DNA of 64,000 bases from Candidatus Bathyarchaeota archaeon B24 (GCA_001593865.1 LUCB01000003.1:30781-94780); one strand, 5' to 3'; shown: positions 53,788-62,833, counted from the first letter of the stretch. Notes: a model not told the origin generated them from the letters alone. Numbers and translations are program-made.

Positions 53788-54213
53788 ATGCCTGGAGAAT
53801 TCGCGGCTAGAGTTCTTAGGAAGAAGAGGAAGAAGTTTAGGTGGAGTTATCGATACTACAAGCGTAGGATGTTAGGTCTAGATATCAAGGCAGACCCCTT
53901 AGAGGGCGCTCCCATGGCTAGGGGTATAGTACTTGAAAAGGTCGGTGTAGAGTCTAAGCAGCCGAACTCGGCGATCCGTAAATGCGTTAGGGTTCAACTT
54001 ATAAAGAACGGCCGTGTCGTGACGGCCTTCCTGCCCGGAGACGGTGCGTTGAACTTCGTAGACGAGCATGACGAGGTTATAATCGAAGGCATCGGAGGTA
54101 CGAGGGGTAGGTCTATGGGCGACATACCCGGTGTGAGGTTTAAGGTCATAGCCGTTAACGGCGTACCTCTGAATAGGCTTATAATCGGTAAGGCTCAGAA
54201 GCCGATCAGGTAG
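53788..54213 (+). CDS. rps12: Ribosomal protein uS12
   Basis: [34 protein letters not shown] is the canonical archaeal/eukaryotic S12/S23 signature. Confidence 0.95.
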   Translation: MPGEFAARVLRKKRKKFRWSYRYYKRRMLGLDIKADPLEGAPMARGIVLEKVGVESKQPNSAIRKCVRVQLIKNGRVVTAFLPGDGALNFVDEHDEVIIEGIGGTRGRSMGDIPGVRFKVIAVNGVPLNRLIIGKAQKPIR

Positions 54214-54233
54214 CTTCTGGGTGGTGAGCATAG

Positions 54234-54809
54234 TTGTCTGAGAAGGATGAGATTAAGCTTTTCGGGAGATGGTCTTACGAGGGGGTTGAGGTTAAAGACC
54301 CCAGTCTCAAGTCTTACATATGTCTCAGACCTGTTTTCTACGCCAGAACCGGTGGGCGGCATGAGCATAGACCTTTCGCTAAGGCTAACGTTCCGATAGT
54401 GGAGAGGCTTGCAAACCAGCTCATGCGTCCGGGTAGAAACGCGGGGTTGAAGGTTAAAGCCTTAAACATCATAAGAAACGCCTTCGAGATAATCCATCTT
54501 AAGACGGGTGAGAACCCTCTTCAGGTTTTGGTTAGGGCTGTGGAGAACGCCGCTCCCTGTGAGGATGTTACGAGGGTGGCCTACGGCGGTATAGTGTATC
54601 ACAGGGCGGTCGACGTTTCACCCTCTAGAAGGCTGGACTTAGCTCTTAGATACCTCGTAGAAGGCGCTAGGCTTAAGGCCTTCAGTAATCCTAGGACCAT
54701 AGACGAGTGTCTGGCGGATGAGATAATCAAGGCTGCTGAGGGCTCCCAGGACTCCTACGCGATCCAGCGTAGAGACGAGCTTGAACGCATAGCGTTGGCC
54801 TCTAGGTAA
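54234..54809 (+). CDS. rps7: Ribosomal protein uS7
   Basis: [23 protein letters not shown]...[14 protein letters not shown]...[15 protein letters not shown] has the S7/S5e family pattern. TTG start. Confidence 0.95.
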   Translation: MSEKDEIKLFGRWSYEGVEVKDPSLKSYICLRPVFYARTGGRHEHRPFAKANVPIVERLANQLMRPGRNAGLKVKALNIIRNAFEIIHLKTGENPLQVLVRAVENAAPCEDVTRVAYGGIVYHRAVDVSPSRRLDLALRYLVEGARLKAFSNPRTIDECLADEIIKAAEGSQDSYAIQRRDELERIALASR

Positions 54810-54904
54810 ACTCTCTCCAGCTCTTCTCTGTTTTCGATAGTAGATGTCTCGAGTCGGCTTTAGAGAGTGTTCTAACCCGTCTTACCGGCTCTTTTTAAAG
54901 CAAA

Positions 54905-54915
54905 CTTTTTATAAC
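54905..54915 (+). promoter_or_regulatory. TATA-box-like CTTTTTATAAC ~40 nt upstream of the tuf ATG, with a G-rich SD-like GGGGGAT at 54941..54947
   Basis: The sequence is aaaCTTTTTATAACtggttcatgagttacttcccgaataGGGGGATttgacgttATG. Confidence 0.35.
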
Positions 54916-54955
54916 TGGTTCATGAGTTACTTCCCGAATAGGGGGATTTGACGTT

Positions 54956-56254
54956 ATGAGCCAGAAACCTCACTTAAACCTGGTGATATGCGGGCACGTG
55001 GACCATGGTAAGAGCACTTTGATGGGCCATCTACTATACCTAGTAGGTGCTATAGACGAAAGAACTGTTAGGGAGTATGAGGAGCAGGCTAAGGCTTTGG
55101 GTAAGGAGTCGTTTAAGTATGCGTGGGTTATGGACAGGCTTAAGGAGGAGAGGGAAAGGGGTCTAACAATCGACTTGGCCTTCGTCAAGTTCGAGACCAG
55201 CAAGTACTTCTTCACGATCATAGACGCTCCTGGTCATAGGGACTTCATCAAAAACATGATCACCGGTGCCAGCCAGGCTGACGCCGCGCTTCTGGTGGTT
55301 TCTGCCAAGAGGGGTGAGTACGAGGTCTCGATACAGCCTGGTGGGCAGGCTAGAGAGCACGCGTTCCTACTTATGACGTTAGGCGTCAGGCAGATGGTAG
55401 TAGCCATCAACAAGATGGATGACCCGACCGTCGACTGGAGCCAGAAGAGGTTTGAGGAGTGTAAAGAAGGCGTGACAAGGCTTTTGAGGACGATAGGCTA
55501 CAACGTTTCTAAGATACCTATAGTGCCTGTCTCTGCCTGGACCGGAGACAACATAGTTAAGCCTAGCGAGAAGATGCCGTGGTATAAGGGCCCCACGTTG
55601 TTACAGGCTCTTGATACGTTCGAGGTTCCACCGAAGCCCGTGGACAAGCCTCTTAGGATACCCATCCAGGATGTCTACACGATAACAGGCGTCGGCACCG
55701 TTCCAGTCGGTAGGGTCGAAACCGGGGTGCTTAGGGAAGGCCAGACTGTAGTGTTCATGCCGTCTGGGGTTAAGGGCGAGGTCAGGTCTATAGAGACCCA
55801 CCATGTCAGGATCAAGGAGGCCTATCCAGGAGACAACATCGGTTTCAACGTCAGAGGTGTGTCGAAGACCGATATACGTAGGGGTGACGTAGCAGGTTCG
55901 CCTGACAACCCACCTACGGTGGCTAAGGAGTTCATAGCTAGGATAATCGTGGTATACCACCCAACCGCCATAGCAGTGGGCTATACGCCTGTGATGCATG
56001 CCCACACGGCTCACGTGCCATGTAAGTTCGTCGAGATTCTGAGGAAGGTGAACCCGAGGACCGGTGAGACGATCGAGGAGCATCCGTCTTTCCTGAGGAC
56101 CGGTGACTGCGCGATAGTGAAGCTGAGACCTCTGAAACCGGTCGTGTTGGAGCAGTATTCCGAGATACCTCAGCTCGGTAGGTTCGCCATCAGAGACATG
56201 GGAACCACGATCGCCGCGGGTATAGTCGAGGAAATAACAGAGAAAGGTCCATAA
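54956..56254 (+). CDS. tuf: Translation elongation factor 1-alpha (aEF-1A)
   Basis: G1 is [10 protein letters not shown]3 is DAPGHRDF and G4 is NKMD. The 432-aa length and collinear aEF1A domains II/III fit the family. Confidence 0.97.
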   Translation: MSQKPHLNLVICGHVDHGKSTLMGHLLYLVGAIDERTVREYEEQAKALGKESFKYAWVMDRLKEERERGLTIDLAFVKFETSKYFFTIIDAPGHRDFIKNMITGASQADAALLVVSAKRGEYEVSIQPGGQAREHAFLLMTLGVRQMVVAINKMDDPTVDWSQKRFEECKEGVTRLLRTIGYNVSKIPIVPVSAWTGDNIVKPSEKMPWYKGPTLLQALDTFEVPPKPVDKPLRIPIQDVYTITGVGTVPVGRVETGVLREGQTVVFMPSGVKGEVRSIETHHVRIKEAYPGDNIGFNVRGVSKTDIRRGDVAGSPDNPPTVAKEFIARIIVVYHPTAIAVGYTPVMHAHTAHVPCKFVEILRKVNPRTGETIEEHPSFLRTGDCAIVKLRPLKPVVLEQYSEIPQLGRFAIRDMGTTIAAGIVEEITEKGP

Positions 56255-56322
56255 ACGAGTCTAGCAATATTTATACGGCTCCTCCAGATTTATTTTATCA
56301 AACCCTTAGGTGTATTTAATAC

Positions 56323-56329
56323 GGAGGTG
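56323..56329 (+). promoter_or_regulatory. Strong Shine-Dalgarno GGAGGTG, 5 nt upstream of the TTG start at 56335
   Basis: The sequence is acGGAGGTGtagggTTG. A TATA-like gtatttaata lies ~15 nt further upstream. Confidence 0.45.
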
Positions 56330-56334
56330 TAGGG

Positions 56335-56721
56335 TTGAGGTTAAGGTTTCCTAAGACCCTTGTGGCTGTAGTTCTTGTGCTATCTTCGATCTACATGGTC
56401 TGCGGGGGCATATATGTACTCGTAGAGAGTAGGGAGAACGATTACGTAAACCAGCTGTGGGTTCAACATAGACAAACCGGAAGGCTTACCCCCATATTCC
56501 CAAGCCTCAGGTCTCAGATAATCGGCGAGGGTTACGTGGTAGGTACCATACTCTCGCTAGGCGTTGTCGGGTTACTGCTACCCTACGTCGGTTTGAGGTT
56601 TAGGATAAGCTCTGACGCTATGAAGACCATATTGGCGGCTTCTATCCTGCTACTTTTGATCTCTATATACCTGACGTTCAGCATATACTTCTCGAAGCTT
56701 AATGGAGATGCCTGGCCTTAA
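56335..56721 (+). CDS. Small three-TM membrane protein (128 aa); pattern resembles eukaryotic OSTC/DC2 (speculative)
   Basis: The strong SD supports a real gene. TM1 ends in CGGIYVLVE. A ~37-residue loop follows with HRQTGRLTPIF, then IIGEGYVVGTILSLGVVGLLL (TM2) and ILAASILLLLISIYLTFSIYFSKL (TM3). Confidence 0.55.
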   Translation: MRLRFPKTLVAVVLVLSSIYMVCGGIYVLVESRENDYVNQLWVQHRQTGRLTPIFPSLRSQIIGEGYVVGTILSLGVVGLLLPYVGLRFRISSDAMKTILAASILLLLISIYLTFSIYFSKLNGDAWP

Positions 56722-57353
56722 ACCTCCTCCAACCCTTTACCCGTTATCTTAACCATAAAAGCTCCCTTCTTCCCCGTTACGCTGTTTTTCTCGACCGTGA
56801 TACGTCTGACGTCGGGTTTAACGGTGAGCTCCATCCTCATCACTATGGAGGACCAGAACCTCAAGACCCTTCCTGCTACCGGTTCCAATCCTCTTTTATC
56901 GAAGACTCTGACCTGGCTTATGGTTAAAACCGAAAGATCGAGGTTTTTAGCCGTCTTGCTCAGGTAAGCCATCTGCCTGTTAAGCTCCCTGTTTAGACCG
57001 AAGGAGTCTCTCGTCTCTGAGAGCTCAGCCCTATAAAGCCTTGTGACCGAGTCCAATACTACCAACACCACCCCCCGGCTTACATACCTCTCGAGGCTCT
57101 CGACTATGTAAGTCTGTTCGCTGAACGAGCTTGGTCTAAGTATGAGCATCCTCCGAAGAGCCTCCTCGCCTAAGGTATCGGCCATCTGTAGAAGCCTATG
57201 GGGGCTAAGCCTCTCGTCAGAGTCTATGTATATGATTTTGAACCCCTCGACCATGGCTTTAAGTGCCGTCTGTAAGGCCAGCGTGGTCTTACCTGAGCCG
57301 GCTTCGCCGTATATAAGAGTAAGACATCCTCTAGGTAATCCTCCACCGAGCAT
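56718..57353 (-). CDS. radB: RadB-type RecA-family ATPase
   Basis: LGGGLPRGCLTLIYGEAGSGKTTLALQ provides the Walker A, and VVLVVLDSV the Walker B. The ~210-aa size is typical of RadB. RadB-like sequence (LSTGCPTLDK) continues upstream of the first canonical start, so the true start is uncertain. Confidence 0.8.
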   Translation of the reverse strand: MLGGGLPRGCLTLIYGEAGSGKTTLALQTALKAMVEGFKIIYIDSDERLSPHRLLQMADTLGEEALRRMLILRPSSFSEQTYIVESLERYVSRGVVLVVLDSVTRLYRAELSETRDSFGLNRELNRQMAYLSKTAKNLDLSVLTISQVRVFDKRGLEPVAGRVLRFWSSIVMRMELTVKPDVRRITVEKNSVTGKKGAFMVKITGKGLEEV

Positions 57354-57490
57354 CTTATCGAGCGTCGGGCATCCCGTAGATAGGTTCAGAGCTCGACTCC
57401 TCCATAGATTAAAGCTATGGTTCTAGGATTTAGAATTTACACCCTGGGGATGGTTAAAAATTATATTCTCGACCCCCTACTACTCTTACA

Positions 57491-58819
57491 GTGGCAACTA
57501 TGGAAAAAGGTGGACCCAGCTTCTTCGAGGTCAAAGCCGGAGAATGTCTGTTGATCGGTGGACCGGCTCATCTGAGAGTTTCAGAAGGTAGAGTCGAAGC
57601 CCTGGGGGTCGAGCTGACTAAAGGCGGTAGAGCAGTCGTGAGGGTTTTCAAGGCTCTCCCGGTTAAAGCCCTTGAGAATAGTCTTCTAGAGATCAAATAT
57701 GGTGTGAACGGGTTTGTCGAGAAGATGGATGAGCCTTATCCGTCAAGCTGGCTGAACGTTATCGAAGAGGCTTTGAAGCTCAAGGGAACAGTTATAGTCA
57801 TGGGTGGTGTAGATGTCGGGAAATCTACGCTCTGCACGTTGATTACGAACATAGCCCTTCTGAAGGGTTTTAAGGTCGCCGTGATAGAGGGTGATGTCGG
57901 TCAAGCCGAGATAGGTCCCCCGACCACCGTAAGTCTAGCCATACCTAAACGTCCGTCGCCTGACTTGTTCAGACAGAACCCGGTGGCTTCAGAGTTCATC
58001 GGCTCCACAAGTCCCATGGGCTTTGAAGACGAGGTGGTGGAGGCTCTAGCTAAGCTTAAGACAAAGGCGGAGGCCTACGGGGTCGATATGGTCGTCGTCA
58101 ATACCGACGGATGGGTCGAAGACGGTAAAGCCGTCGAGTATAAGGTCGGGCTAGCTGACGTGTTAAAGCCGTCGCTTATAGCCCTCTTATGTAGGGAAGA
58201 TGAGCTTGAGGACCTTCGGAGACGGCTCATGGAGAAGTTTAACGTTCTTATCGTTCAACCGCTTCCAAGTGCTAGGAGGAGGGATAGGGGGGCTAGGAAG
58301 GAGCTGAGAGAGCTGAGCTATCAGAAGAACCTGAGGGGTTCGGGTCTTAGGTCTATACCTGTGAGCTGGGTTAAGATCCATAACCACGACCTGGGGACAG
58401 GGGTCGTCTTAAGTGAGGAGAGGTTTAGGATGCTTAACGAGAAGCTTAACGGTGGACTGGTGTATGGAGAGGAGACGCCGAACGGCTTACTGCTCGTCTT
58501 AAACGGTAGGTTGGTTTCCGAGGAGGATGTTCGAAAGGTCTTCGAGAACTATAGTCGACCGGTGAACGTGATCTGGAAAGGCTCTGAAAAAGGGCTTATA
58601 GTCGGTCTATACGATAGACGTGGAGAGTTCATGGGGATCGGTGTGATAGGGGAGGTCGACTACGGTAGAAGGGTTTTAAAGATCCACACGCCCTGTCAGA
58701 AACCCATAGGTATTATTAAGCTAGGATATGTGAAGCTTGTAGGCTCTTGGAAGGAAGTCGAAAAGTTCCGTCGATGCCCCCTCGAACCCAAGAGGATAAA
58801 CCCATCTGAGAGGGGCTAA
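57491..58819 (+). CDS. Clp1/Grc3-family polynucleotide 5'-kinase-like P-loop protein
   Basis: An N-terminal beta domain, then Walker A VMGGVDVGKSTLCTLITN and Walker B-like VVVNTDGW. The ~440-aa length matches archaeal Clp1 homologs. Confidence 0.7.
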   Translation: MATMEKGGPSFFEVKAGECLLIGGPAHLRVSEGRVEALGVELTKGGRAVVRVFKALPVKALENSLLEIKYGVNGFVEKMDEPYPSSWLNVIEEALKLKGTVIVMGGVDVGKSTLCTLITNIALLKGFKVAVIEGDVGQAEIGPPTTVSLAIPKRPSPDLFRQNPVASEFIGSTSPMGFEDEVVEALAKLKTKAEAYGVDMVVVNTDGWVEDGKAVEYKVGLADVLKPSLIALLCREDELEDLRRRLMEKFNVLIVQPLPSARRRDRGARKELRELSYQKNLRGSGLRSIPVSWVKIHNHDLGTGVVLSEERFRMLNEKLNGGLVYGEETPNGLLLVLNGRLVSEEDVRKVFENYSRPVNVIWKGSEKGLIVGLYDRRGEFMGIGVIGEVDYGRRVLKIHTPCQKPIGIIKLGYVKLVGSWKEVEKFRRCPLEPKRINPSERG

Positions 58820-59505
58820 AGACCATGAAATAGCCTCTTGGCCAGAAACTTGGGTAGGCCTGCTTTTAAGATATCTTTGGCAACCTTCTCGATGTCGTAG
58901 GGTACCCTCCTCATATCGACCTCAAACCGACCATCTTGAACGGTTAAAACCGCGTAACTAGCCCTAGGGTCTCCATCTCTGCTCTGACCTACGGAGCCTG
59001 GGTTCATCACCACACCTTCTTTAAACCTCCTTATGAAGGGGACGTGGGTATGCCCTAGGACTATGAGACGGGCACCTGTCTCCCTTAACCACCTTCTCAT
59101 CTCGTCTTGAGGGTATTCTGGGAATATGTACTCGTCTACGAGGTCTCTAGGTGAGCCGTGGCATACGAAGACCTTAACACCGCTTAGGTTTAGATCCAAC
59201 CTCTCAGGTAAGCTTAGTAGGAACCGTTTCTCCCGGTCGTTTAAAACTCTGCTCGTCCATCTGAGGCTCATCGCCGCATAGGGGTTATATCCGTATGGGG
59301 TTCCGAGAGCTACGTCCCTGTCGTGGTTACCCATAACCGATAGGATGTTTAGCTTCTTGACGGCTTCTATGGCTTCTCTAGGGTAGGGATTATAATCCAC
59401 GATGTCCCCTGCGTGAATTATCATATCGCACTCTCCTGCATCCTTTAAGACGGCCTCTAAAGCCGGAATATTAGCGTGTATATCTGAGATTACGAGAACC
59501 CTCAT
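58816..59505 (-). CDS. Calcineurin-like metallophosphoesterase (YfcE/MJ0936-type)
   Basis: All the phosphoesterase motifs are present: ISDIH, GDIVD, GNHD, GHTH and a C-terminal GS.G. Confidence 0.85.
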   Translation of the reverse strand: MRVLVISDIHANIPALEAVLKDAGECDMIIHAGDIVDYNPYPREAIEAVKKLNILSVMGNHDRDVALGTPYGYNPYAAMSLRWTSRVLNDREKRFLLSLPERLDLNLSGVKVFVCHGSPRDLVDEYIFPEYPQDEMRRWLRETGARLIVLGHTHVPFIRRFKEGVVMNPGSVGQSRDGDPRASYAVLTVQDGRFEVDMRRVPYDIEKVAKDILKAGLPKFLAKRLFHGL

Positions 59506-60059
59506 CCCCCACCACCCTTCAGCAACTTCACAAGCTCTCCGACGATCTCTACCGGCAACCTATCCCTGTTCATAATGGACACCCTGACGACTTTCAGGGT
59601 TCTAAGGCTTTTAACACGGTCTATCAGAGCGTCTCTAGCTCTATAGTGTACAACCGCGACGAGGGGCTTCGGCCCCCCGACTATCTCTAAGACCATGTCT
59701 CGGAAGAGCCTGCTCTTAAGCTCCATAGGCCCTATCTCGTCCAACGCTATGAGGTGTATACCGGGGTCCTTCAAGGCACGTTTTAAAGCCTCGACGCCTA
59801 TGCTTTCGAGGTCTCTGAGGTTAACCCCGTATCTCCCCACCCTGACCGAGGTTTTAAAGTCTCTATGAGCCAACCAGCCCTGTCTTCCGGTCGCTAGGTC
59901 CTCGACCTTAAACCCGACTCTCACCCTTCCGACCCTGACTTCCCTGCAAACCATCCCCCCGACCCTAAACCCCTCGGCTTTGACGGCTTGGATTACCTTA
60001 AGCAGAACGGTCGTCTTACCGACGCCAGGCGGCCCGGTTATAAGGTATCCGCTAGCCAT
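59502..60059 (-). CDS. THEP1/MJ1559-like nucleoside-triphosphatase
   Basis: 185 aa with P-loop ITGPPGVGKTT and Walker B LIALDEIGPME. A 4-nt overlap couples it to the downstream phosphoesterase. Confidence 0.8.
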   Translation of the reverse strand: MASGYLITGPPGVGKTTVLLKVIQAVKAEGFRVGGMVCREVRVGRVRVGFKVEDLATGRQGWLAHRDFKTSVRVGRYGVNLRDLESIGVEALKRALKDPGIHLIALDEIGPMELKSRLFRDMVLEIVGGPKPLVAVVHYRARDALIDRVKSLRTLKVVRVSIMNRDRLPVEIVGELVKLLKGGGG

Positions 60060-60115
60060 CTAAACCTAAAAACAAGCTAAGATGCTCTTAAGGTTAGCCT
60101 AACGTTTTTCGACGT

Positions 60116-60859
60116 CTAGCCCTTGGATAGCTCCTCTCTCAGCGATATCATCAAGTCGGGTTTGTTCGTCGTTATAGCGTCCACACCTCTCTCGGCCATG
60201 AGCCTCGCGGTCTTCAAGTCGTCTATGGTCCAAACGTTCACTTTAAGCTTGAGCCTATGAGCGAAGCCGATGGCCTTAGCGGTGGCGAGCCTGTAGTAGG
60301 GTGCTACGGCTATGCATCGCATACGTTTAGCCGCGACCAAGTGGTCTCCAGGCCTCGCGTATATCAGGCCTCTGAAGGCGTCTACACGTGCCTGGGCTAT
60401 ACTCTCTAAGGCCTCCCTATGGAAGGATATGAACATCACTTGGTTTACCATGTCCTTCTCCTCGACCATTTTCAGAGAGGGTCTGGAAGCCTCTACCTCC
60501 TTAAGCTCAAGCAGTAAACCCGCTTTTCCCTTCACGAGGTCTAACACCTCTGATAAGAGGGGTATCTTCTCACCTAACCCGGCGTCTAGCCGTCTAAGCT
60601 GGTCGACCGTGTAGTCGGAAACCCTACCGCTTCCGTCGGTCGTCCTATCCAACGTCTCGTCGTGCATGATGACGGGCACCCCGTCTTTGGACAATCTAAC
60701 GTCGACCTCGACCATGTCGGCCCCCATCTCGATAGCCCTCTTCAAGGCTCTGAGCGTGTTCTCAGGCTCGTACCCGCTCGCGCCTCTATGGGCTATCACG
60801 GCGAAGGGCCGTATGGATAGAAGTTCCGATATATCGGTCAACCCTCCTGACGCCCCCAC
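60116..60859 (-). CDS. Glycerophosphodiester phosphodiesterase (GDPD family)
   Basis: IAHRGASGYEPENTLRALKRAIEMGADMVEVDVRLSKDGVPVIMHDETLDRTT is the canonical GDPD signature. GTG start. Confidence 0.9.
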   Translation of the reverse strand: MGASGGLTDISELLSIRPFAVIAHRGASGYEPENTLRALKRAIEMGADMVEVDVRLSKDGVPVIMHDETLDRTTDGSGRVSDYTVDQLRRLDAGLGEKIPLLSEVLDLVKGKAGLLLELKEVEASRPSLKMVEEKDMVNQVMFISFHREALESIAQARVDAFRGLIYARPGDHLVAAKRMRCIAVAPYYRLATAKAIGFAHRLKLKVNVWTIDDLKTARLMAERGVDAITTNKPDLMISLREELSKG

Positions 60860-61001
60860 CTAGATCCCAGCCTCAAGATGAATTTAACACCTACTCTTAC
60901 TCATCTTCTTGGAAACTGTTTGCTCATTAGGAATTCACGATGCAAACTCTCTTGTAGGATATCTTTAACAAACCCTCCACGCCATATAACGGCTAGGGGT
61001 T

Positions 61002-62675
61002 ATGGGGGAGAGCTTCGAAAATCTATGTCGGCTCTACGAAGCTTTGGAGAGGCTTAACTCTAGGAACGAGATTATAGACCTGATGTCCGGCTACTTCAAA
61101 CAGCTGACCTGTGAGGAGCTAGAGGCCGTGGTTAGGTTGTCTACGACGGGTTTCGAGGAGGCCTTGAACGTAAGCTGGGCTACGGTGGTCGAGGCTTTAA
61201 AGGGTGCCTACGATTTCGACTTAGAGGAGTTTCGTAAGGCTTTCGACGAGACGGGGGATGTGGGAAGCGCTGTGAAAGCGGTCTTGGAGCGTAGACAGGG
61301 TCCCCGTCAGACCCTGCTGGCGTTCAAGCCTTTGACGGTCACAGAGCTTTACTCGTCGCTGAGGGAGATATCCCGTGTTAAAGGTCCAGGCTCCAGGACT
61401 AAGAGGCTTAGGATGCTCAAAGGGGTCTTCGGCAAGACCTCTCCACCGGAGGTCAAATACTTAGTAAGGATACTGCTCGGAGACCTCAGGATAGGTGTTA
61501 AGGAGGGGCTGGTAGCTAGGGCGTTGGCTAAGGCTTTCCAAGTCCCTTACGACGTTTTCGAGAAGGCTTTCATGCTGAGCGGAGACCTAGCCGAGACCGC
61601 TTTGACGGCTAAGGTCAAGGGTGTCGAGGGGCTTTTAGGGACTAGCTATAGGCCCTTCAACCCGATAAAGCCTATGCTCGCCGGTATGGCTTACAGCGTC
61701 AGGGAGGTTTTGGACGAGTTTAAAGGTGAGGCGGCTTTCGAGTATAAGCTCGATGGAGCGAGGGTTCAGATCCATTTCTTCGACGGGAGGGTTAGGGTCT
61801 TCTCTAGGAGGCTTAAGGACGTGACCGTCAGCCTACCTGAGGTGGTGGCAGTCGTCAAGAAGACGCCTAGCTTGGAGAACTGTGTGCTAGAGGGGGAGGT
61901 CGTGGCTGTAGACTCTAGCGGTAGACCTCTACCGTTCCAGGAGCTTATGCACAGGTTTAAACGGGTCAAGGGTGTCGAGGAGGAGGCTAGGAGGCTTCCG
62001 GTCAGGCTCTACCTGTTCGACATACTGGTGGCCGACGGGGTTTTGACAATAGATATGCCGTATCTGAAGCGGAGGAGGCTTCTCGTCGAGAAGGCTGGGT
62101 CTATACCCGTAGTGGACTGTCTGATAACTCAGGACATCGAGGAGGCTGAGAGGTTCTATAAATCGTCTTTGGAGATGGGTCATGAAGGGCTTGTGGCGAA
62201 AAGGCTCGGTAGCACTTATCACCCGGGTGTTCGGGGTAGGGATTGGCTTAAGGTTAAGGCGACGTTGGATAACCTGGACCTGGTCATAGTGGGCGGGGAA
62301 TACGGCTATGGACGTAGATACAGGTGGATAAGCGACTATTACCTCGCGGCTTTAGACCCGTCTACAGGCGGGTTCGCGGTCGTGGGTAAGACTTTCAAGG
62401 GCTTGACGGACACGGAGTTTGAGGGACTCACCCGGATACTTAAGAAGGATATCGTCAGACGTGAGGGCCGTAGGGTCTGGGTCAACCCTAGAGTTGTGGT
62501 CGAGGTCGCATACAACGAGGTTCAAAAAAGCCCGAAGTATCCCTCAGGCTTCGCCCTGAGGTTTGCGCGGATAGTCAGGATCAGGTGGGATAAACGGGTC
62601 GAAGAAGCCGATACGATAGATAGGGTCAGGGAGATATACCGTAAGCAGTTCGAGAGGAAGAGCATGCCCCCTTAG
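61002..62675 (+). CDS. lig: ATP-dependent DNA ligase
   Basis: Adenylation motif I is EYKLDGARVQIH. Motifs LEGEVVA, LYLFDIL, EGLVAK and DWLKVK are present, followed by the OB-fold domain. Confidence 0.95.
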   Translation: MGESFENLCRLYEALERLNSRNEIIDLMSGYFKQLTCEELEAVVRLSTTGFEEALNVSWATVVEALKGAYDFDLEEFRKAFDETGDVGSAVKAVLERRQGPRQTLLAFKPLTVTELYSSLREISRVKGPGSRTKRLRMLKGVFGKTSPPEVKYLVRILLGDLRIGVKEGLVARALAKAFQVPYDVFEKAFMLSGDLAETALTAKVKGVEGLLGTSYRPFNPIKPMLAGMAYSVREVLDEFKGEAAFEYKLDGARVQIHFFDGRVRVFSRRLKDVTVSLPEVVAVVKKTPSLENCVLEGEVVAVDSSGRPLPFQELMHRFKRVKGVEEEARRLPVRLYLFDILVADGVLTIDMPYLKRRRLLVEKAGSIPVVDCLITQDIEEAERFYKSSLEMGHEGLVAKRLGSTYHPGVRGRDWLKVKATLDNLDLVIVGGEYGYGRRYRWISDYYLAALDPSTGGFAVVGKTFKGLTDTEFEGLTRILKKDIVRREGRRVWVNPRVVVEVAYNEVQKSPKYPSGFALRFARIVRIRWDKRVEEADTIDRVREIYRKQFERKSMPP

Positions 62676-62680
62676 ATGTA

Positions 62681-62699
62681 GGCTTCGAGAGGGGAAGCC
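62681..62699 (+). terminator. Hairpin GGCTTC-7 nt-GAAGCC followed by TTATT, 6 nt after the lig stop
   Basis: A perfect 6-bp stem seen directly in the sequence. A terminator role is only a guess. Confidence 0.3.
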
Positions 62700-62729
62700 T
62701 TATTAGAGGTGGATGGTCAGATAGTCCTC

Positions 62730-62793
62730 GGATGATGAGAGCTGGTATTTCAGAGGCCTGAGGGCTTATGATGGAAAGACACCAGGTCTGACT
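62730..62793 (+). ncRNA. Candidate C/D-box sRNA (2'-O-methylation guide)
   Basis: The elements occur in canonical order within an intergenic region. C box ATGATGA is at 62732-62738. The 12-nt spacer is GAGCTGGTATTT. A degenerate D' CAGA is at 62751-62754, with a perfect CTGA also at 62758-62761. C' ATGATGG is at 62768-62774, followed by a 13-nt spacer. D box CTGA is at 62788-62791. Total length is ~60 nt, which is typical for archaea. Confidence 0.35.
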
Positions 62794-62825
62794 TTCGATG
62801 TGTATAGTCTACCGGTGGAATAAAG

Positions 62826-62833
62826 CTTTAAAT
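62826..62833 (+). promoter_or_regulatory. TATA-box-like CTTTAAAT ~27 nt upstream of the GTG at 62860
   Basis: The sequence is ggaataaagCTTTAAATcgtaagcccggtgtcattcttctacaGTG. Confidence 0.4.

Noticed and set aside
54811-54868. The inverted repeat ACTCTCT...AGAGAGT after rps7.
   Set aside because: It is a 7-bp stem with a ~44-nt loop, too weak and loose to call a structured element without conservation data.
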